A DNA stretch of 22,993 bases from the IMG/VR virus record IMGVR_UViG_2713896729_000008, positions 1-22,993 of that record, one strand, 5' to 3'. This DNA is from a virus. Taxonomy: Duplodnaviria > Heunggongvirae > Uroviricota > Caudoviricetes. A model generated the notes under the pieces. That model had not been told where the DNA came from and ran no database searches. It saw nothing but the letters and a program-made list of their open reading frames with translations. Positions 18,511-22,993 of this stretch are shown here, one piece after another. The position numbers and the translations under genes are program-made. The first letter of the stretch is position 1. Every line of letters begins with the position of its first letter.

Positions 18511-19771
18511 TATTCTGTATCTTTCAGACAGGACACCTGTCACCGATCGCAGTATTCCTGCGACCGTGCTCGATGAGCTGAGAAACAGGGGGCTGCTGGC
18601 CCCCGACATGCAGAAAATCCATTTCTGTGGAGTCATGTCTTTCAGTGGAGGTCTGGCTGTATTTCTGCCACGAAATAACAGTTCTTCTCGTGAATCGCAG
18701 GCTCTTTCAGCACATTATCTGCTCCGCTCACTCCTGAAATTCTACCGAGATAGAGACACCGGTGTTTTTGATGGGGATGCAGGAACCGGACTTATCGGTG
18801 GTGAATCCCTGTCGTTGGCAACTGCACTGATTGACGACTATCAGACGAATGGTCTCTATGTCCGCCGGATTAGAGTCGATACAACCAACTCCGGAAAAGT
18901 TGTATGGCCGGAGACAATTGCCCGAGGGACTGCCTATACTAGCCCATCTGGGCCTGTATATATCGATCCTGTAACCACACGTTCGCGCTACCTCACCGAT
19001 AGCGAGACAGCAAAGATTCATGCCTCTGTAATGAGGGAGCTCTATCCGGTATACGGAATGCTCTGGACAGGCAGTCAGGGCACTCCTGAACGACTGCAGA
19101 ATGTTCCGCGTCCTGAGGGAAATGTTTTCTCATGGGTTGTACACCTAAGAAGAGAACTGCAGTTCAGCTATTCCGAAAGGGATATTTTCCTTTTGCGGAG
19201 ACTGATCATGTATCTTGAAACAGGGAGAGGAATGCGGAATGGCGGGGTTCTTATCGGTGTCAGGAAGTTTCACAGTCTGTGGGAAGCCATGCTGGATGAA
19301 TGCTTGGTGGGTAAATACCGAGTTAACAATAAATTGCCTATTCCCGTGTATCGGGCCGGCAGTGACAGGTTTGTTCCCGTTGCCAACAAGAGCCAGAGAA
19401 CGGATACGGTTCTCCACAATGCAGAAAAAACGCACGTCGCGATCATAGATGCCAAATACTATGATGCGAAGACACCGGATAGTGCTCCTGGTTGGCCGGA
19501 TCTGGTAAAACAGTTTTTCTACCAGAAGGCGCTTTCTTACCTAGTGCCGGTCGGTACCCACATCACAAACCATTTCATTTTTCCTGGAACAGAAAAGCCA
19601 CTCAGGGCTGTCCATGTTGCGGAAAGGGGAAAGGTTCTGGTTACAGAAGCTGACTGTCTGTCCGAATATCCGCCGATTCATTGCCATTACCAGGATCCCC
19701 TAGAACTACTTCGGCTGTATTCAACAGGAGAAAAGCTGGTAGAACTGACCCGCGAAATTTTTACAGTCTGA
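18497..19771 (+). CDS. McrC-like PD-(D/E)xK nuclease subunit
   Basis: 424 aa; start overlaps the McrB-like stop by 14 nt (mcrBC-type arrangement); contains ...TDTVLHNAEKTHVAIIDAKYYD, fitting the (I/V)DxKY nuclease motif of McrC and LlaJI.R2. Confidence 0.7.
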   Translation: MLPADILYLSDRTPVTDRSIPATVLDELRNRGLLAPDMQKIHFCGVMSFSGGLAVFLPRNNSSSRESQALSAHYLLRSLLKFYRDRDTGVFDGDAGTGLIGGESLSLATALIDDYQTNGLYVRRIRVDTTNSGKVVWPETIARGTAYTSPSGPVYIDPVTTRSRYLTDSETAKIHASVMRELYPVYGMLWTGSQGTPERLQNVPRPEGNVFSWVVHLRRELQFSYSERDIFLLRRLIMYLETGRGMRNGGVLIGVRKFHSLWEAMLDECLVGKYRVNNKLPIPVYRAGSDRFVPVANKSQRTDTVLHNAEKTHVAIIDAKYYDAKTPDSAPGWPDLVKQFFYQKALSYLVPVGTHITNHFIFPGTEKPLRAVHVAERGKVLVTEADCLSEYPPIHCHYQDPLELLRLYSTGEKLVELTREIFTV

Positions 19772-19883
19772 AAAGATTCGGACTATGCCCAGAAATGTCG
19801 ATAGACATGAGACCCCCTCATTGATTGATCATCCGTACAGTGATACTATCGCCGGGAATAAAACCGGATAAGGTGAGCATGGG

Positions 19884-21200
19884 ATGGACAGTAAGAATAA
19901 ATTCCAATATATCAAAAATATGAGAAAAAAATTAGGCATAGGTCGCACCGAATTTGCCAATCTTCTCGGACTCGGTGCCACCGGAGAACGTACAGTCCGA
20001 GGATGGGAAGAAGAGGAACATGAACCGTCTTCCGCCAAATGGCAGGCCATTCTCGATGTGGAAAAGAAGATGACTGAATATCTGGAAAACGCACCTTTCC
20101 GCCAGAAGCCTGAAAATGAATGCAATTTCACCTTCATCGATCTGTTTGCTGGTATCGGAGGTATTCGTCTTCCTTATCAGCAGCAGGGAGGGCACTGTGT
20201 ATTCTCATCCGAATGGGACAAGTTCTCCCAGAAGACCTATCTAACGAATTTCGGCGAAATGCCCCAAGGTGACATCACTAGAATTCCGGCATCCGACATT
20301 CCTGATCACGATGTACTGCTTGGCGGATTTCCATGCCAGGCTTTTTCACAGGCCGGTTTGAAAAAAGGTTTCAGCGATACCCGTGGAACCATGTTCTTCG
20401 AAATTCAGCGGATAATGACAGCCAAGCGTCCAAAGGCATTCATGTTGGAAAATGTCAAGCAACTGCAGGGACATGATAAGGGTCGTACCCTGAAAACCAT
20501 TCTCGATATCCTGCGGGGCAATGGAACCCATTCCGTTCCGGACGATATCCCGATTAGTGAGGATGCCCGCAATGCTCTGTCCGAAAAACTCAATTACTGG
20601 GTTGATTACCGTGTACTGCGTGCAGGTGACTTCGGTGCCCCCCAGAACCGTGAACGTATTTTCATCGTTGGTTTTGACCGTGACTATTATAGGGGCGTGG
20701 ATTTCGACAGTGTATTCAGATGGCCGGTACCTCCTATGACTCCGACCCGTGTTGGTGACATTCTGGAAGACCTCGATCGTCTGCCTCTATCACAAGACAG
20801 ATATACCATCTCGGATAGACTGTGGATAGGCCACCAGAAACGGAAACTGGAACACGAAAAGAAAGGTAACGGTTTCGGCTATTCTCTTTTCAACAAGGAC
20901 AGCGAATACACTAATACCATCAGTGCACGTTATTACAAGGACGGCTCCGAAATCCTGATTGACCAGTCACATTTGGGTAGGAACCCACGCAAGCTAACTC
21001 CGCGCGAATGTGCACGTCTACAGGGATTCCCTGACGACTACATCGTCGATGCTGTTTCACAGGGCCAGATCTACAAGCAATTTGGCAACTCTGTCTGCAT
21101 GAATGTCATCCGTGCTGTCTCGGAACAGTTGGTCGAAACTATGAAAAAAGCCGAAATACTGGCTGGTAAGAACCAGGGTCTGGAGCGAACAGCAGGCTAA
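19884..21200 (+). CDS. DNA (cytosine-5) methyltransferase with N-terminal XRE-type HTH domain
   Basis: 438 aa; RBS aaggtgag. N-terminal HTH-like KKLGIGRTEFANLLGLGATGERTVRGWE. C5-MTase motifs I FIDLFAGIGGIRL, IV GGFPCQAFSQAG, VI FMLENVKQL, VIII QNRERIFIVG, IX RKLTPRECARLQGFPDDY, X KQFGNSV. Confidence 0.9.
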   Translation: MDSKNKFQYIKNMRKKLGIGRTEFANLLGLGATGERTVRGWEEEEHEPSSAKWQAILDVEKKMTEYLENAPFRQKPENECNFTFIDLFAGIGGIRLPYQQQGGHCVFSSEWDKFSQKTYLTNFGEMPQGDITRIPASDIPDHDVLLGGFPCQAFSQAGLKKGFSDTRGTMFFEIQRIMTAKRPKAFMLENVKQLQGHDKGRTLKTILDILRGNGTHSVPDDIPISEDARNALSEKLNYWVDYRVLRAGDFGAPQNRERIFIVGFDRDYYRGVDFDSVFRWPVPPMTPTRVGDILEDLDRLPLSQDRYTISDRLWIGHQKRKLEHEKKGNGFGYSLFNKDSEYTNTISARYYKDGSEILIDQSHLGRNPRKLTPRECARLQGFPDDYIVDAVSQGQIYKQFGNSVCMNVIRAVSEQLVETMKKAEILAGKNQGLERTAG

Positions 21201-21540
21201 TGACCCTGCAGTGGAAGAAAATGTCGTGATGTGATGCCCCCTTTCCTGAAGCAGCCAATGTAATACTGCCACAGTTTGCGTTTGCTATGGGAGTAAATCA
21301 CATCACTACATATGTAGCCTTTTCATTATCACAATATTCCTCAGTGTTAGACTGAATACTGCGCCATCCACTTCCTATCTGATGGCTTCACCACTTTTTT
21401 GCCAATCTAAGAATCCCAGCAAAACGGCCCATCCACTTTTAGAGATCTTCCGACTGATCTTGACCCGCCATCTCCGGACAGCTTTTGTAGCTAAAATTAA
21501 CGATGCTCGCTGCCGCCGGTATTCTCTCGGAAAGACATAT

Positions 21541-21563
21541 CCCACCCGCACAGTGCGGGTGGG
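21541..21563. repeat. 23-bp perfect palindrome between convergent methyltransferase and integrase genes
   Basis: cccacccgcac-a-gtgcgggtggg: 11-bp arms, single-base centre; no flanking T-run on either strand. Confidence 0.6.
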
Positions 21564-21730
21564 AGACTGATTTAGTCATCATCTTTCCTGTCTCTATTTT
21601 CTTCCTAACTGGCATCTAGGCTACAAAGATAAACTTCCGCCTATGGAACAGAGCTGCCTGCAGATTAGGTTTAGCTCTGTGCCAGAGCTGTGTCAGATCA
21701 AATCTGAGCTAATATATTTAAACACATATG

Positions 21731-22993
21731 CTACATATTACCCCGGTTGATCTTCGCATAGTCAAACGGCGTAATTCCCCTTTCCCGATTGGCATCCAGA
21801 AAATCAGCCCACCACTGCAACATCAGCTTGCGCTCATCCAGATGTTCCGCTTTATGAATATACGCCGCCCTCACCGAATTGCGTTCCATATGGCTCATCT
21901 GCCGTTCTACCGCATCTCTGGACCAAAGACCTGACTCAATCAACGAACTACAGGCCATTGCCCGGAAGCCGTGACCACAGACATCGACCTTTGTATCATA
22001 GCCCATCAGACGCAGTGCGTTATTTACAGTGTTCTCACTCATGGGTTTCCATGGATTGTGATCGCCGGTGAAAATCAGTTCATGTTCTCCGCTGATAGTG
22101 TGGATCTGCTTCAGTATATTCACCGCCTGAGTAGATAGTGGCACAAGATGCTCTGTTCGCATTTTTGAGCCACGATGGGAATACTTGACCCCTTCAATAG
22201 GTTTCCGCTCAGGAGGAATGGTCCACATGGCTTTCTTGAAGTCGATCTCAGACCACCTGGCAAAGCGTAGTTCGCTGGAACGGATGAAGATAAGCAGGGT
22301 GAGTTTAGTTGCCTGCCGGGTGAGAGGTTGTCCTCTGTAGGCATCCAGTCGTTCAAGAAGCTCTGAAATGCGATTTAAGGCGAGGGCAGGGCGGTGCTGG
22401 CGTTTCACTGTGGTTAACGCGCCAGCCATATCCAAGGCAGGGTTATAGGTGATAATGCCTGACTGGGCAGCATAGCGCATGATTGCAGTGATACGCTGCT
22501 GAAGGCGCGCTGCGATTTCATATATCTCCTTTGCTTCGGCTGCTTTAACGGGAACAAGTAAATCGGGAGTCCTGAGGGTGGTAATGTCACGTGAACCAAT
22601 AAAGGGGAAAACATGAGTTTCGAGGCTTTTCAGTATCCTCTCATTGTGTGAGGCTGACCATTTTTTGTTGCTCTTATGCCACTGTCTTGCGATGCCTTCA
22701 AATGTCTGAGCTGTTTCGGGTACCGACTTTTTGATCCTTTTCTGTTCGCATGGGTCAGTTCCCTCAGCTATCAGCTTTCTCGCCGTATCGCGTTTTTCCC
22801 TTGCTTCTGATAACGAGACTTCAGGATAGACCCCCAGAGCGAGCGTTTTCTCTTTGCCCAGAAACCGATAGCGGAGCCGCCAGTAGCGAGAGCCGTTAGG
22901 GTGAACGAGCAAGAACATGTTGCCGCTGTCGGCAAGTTTATAAGGTTTTTCATCCGGTTTAGCGGCACGGATTTTAGCGTCAGTGAGCGCCAT
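21731..22993 (-). CDS. int: P4-type tyrosine integrase (site-specific recombinase)
   Basis: 420 aa; N-terminal arm-binding region MALTDAKIRAAKPDEKPYKLADSGNMFLLVHPNGSRYWRLRYRF typical of the P4 Int / IntA family; catalytic region with HGFRAM (HxxR) and RAAYIH (Tyr). The start codon is the final three bases of the window. Confidence 0.9.
   Translation of the reverse strand: MALTDAKIRAAKPDEKPYKLADSGNMFLLVHPNGSRYWRLRYRFLGKEKTLALGVYPEVSLSEAREKRDTARKLIAEGTDPCEQKRIKKSVPETAQTFEGIARQWHKSNKKWSASHNERILKSLETHVFPFIGSRDITTLRTPDLLVPVKAAEAKEIYEIAARLQQRITAIMRYAAQSGIITYNPALDMAGALTTVKRQHRPALALNRISELLERLDAYRGQPLTRQATKLTLLIFIRSSELRFARWSEIDFKKAMWTIPPERKPIEGVKYSHRGSKMRTEHLVPLSTQAVNILKQIHTISGEHELIFTGDHNPWKPMSENTVNNALRLMGYDTKVDVCGHGFRAMACSSLIESGLWSRDAVERQMSHMERNSVRAAYIHKAEHLDERKLMLQWWADFLDANRERGITPFDYAKINRGNM

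Noticed and set aside
12748-19435. Short ORFs nested in or antisense to the defence genes (for example 12906..13196, 13355..13582, 13942..14415, 14660..15004, 17238..17498, 18728..19021, 19145..19435)
   Set aside because: Each overlaps a long ORF whose frame is fixed by multiple enzyme motifs; none has independent start context or recognisable features.
16570-19771. Annotating the pair as classical modification-dependent McrBC (Type IV restriction)
   Set aside because: The N-terminal domain does not resemble the McrB modified-cytosine reader, and an adjacent cognate-looking C5-MTase fits an R-M arrangement better; kept as McrBC-like only.
21382-21570. 62-aa plus-strand ORF between methyltransferase and integrase
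   Set aside because: No RBS, basic low-complexity product, and it terminates inside the 23-bp palindrome; more likely non-coding intergenic sequence.
21201-21730. AlpA-type excisionase/regulator gene expected next to a P4-family integrase
   Set aside because: No minus-strand ORF of suitable size or HTH character is present in this interval; any such gene would have to lie outside the window.

Overview
Enterobacterial (E. coli-like) draft-scaffold window. Five runs of 10 N (1692-1701, 2236-2245, 3047-3056, 3392-3401, 8981-8990) break it into contig pieces, so adjacency and orientation across them are not established. Left 3.4 kb: a P4 alpha-like primase fragment, fragments of lambda-like tail genes (H, T, I, J) and a tandem ~178-bp repeat. 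3.4-8.0 kb: a minus-strand module of exported and membrane proteins, a YfjR-like HTH regulator and a YfjP/YeeP-family GTPase (CP4-57-like island cargo). 8.0-11.9 kb: an AT-rich hypothetical gene, a glycosyltransferase fragment, and an adhesin gene truncated by a complete IS3 (10318-11575) that also abuts an IS66-family transposase remnant. 12.2-21.2 kb is the most interesting part: a tightly coupled five-gene operon (SNF2 helicase, MutL/MORC-like GHKL ATPase, unknown protein, McrB-like AAA+ GTPase, McrC-like nuclease) followed by an HTH-fused C5-cytosine methyltransferase. I read this as a candidate composite restriction-modification/defence system that I cannot assign to a named system from sequence alone. 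21.7-23.0 kb: a P4-type tyrosine integrase whose start codon lies at the last base of the window, marking an integrase-associated genomic island. All calls rest on reading motifs in the supplied translations; no database search was run.
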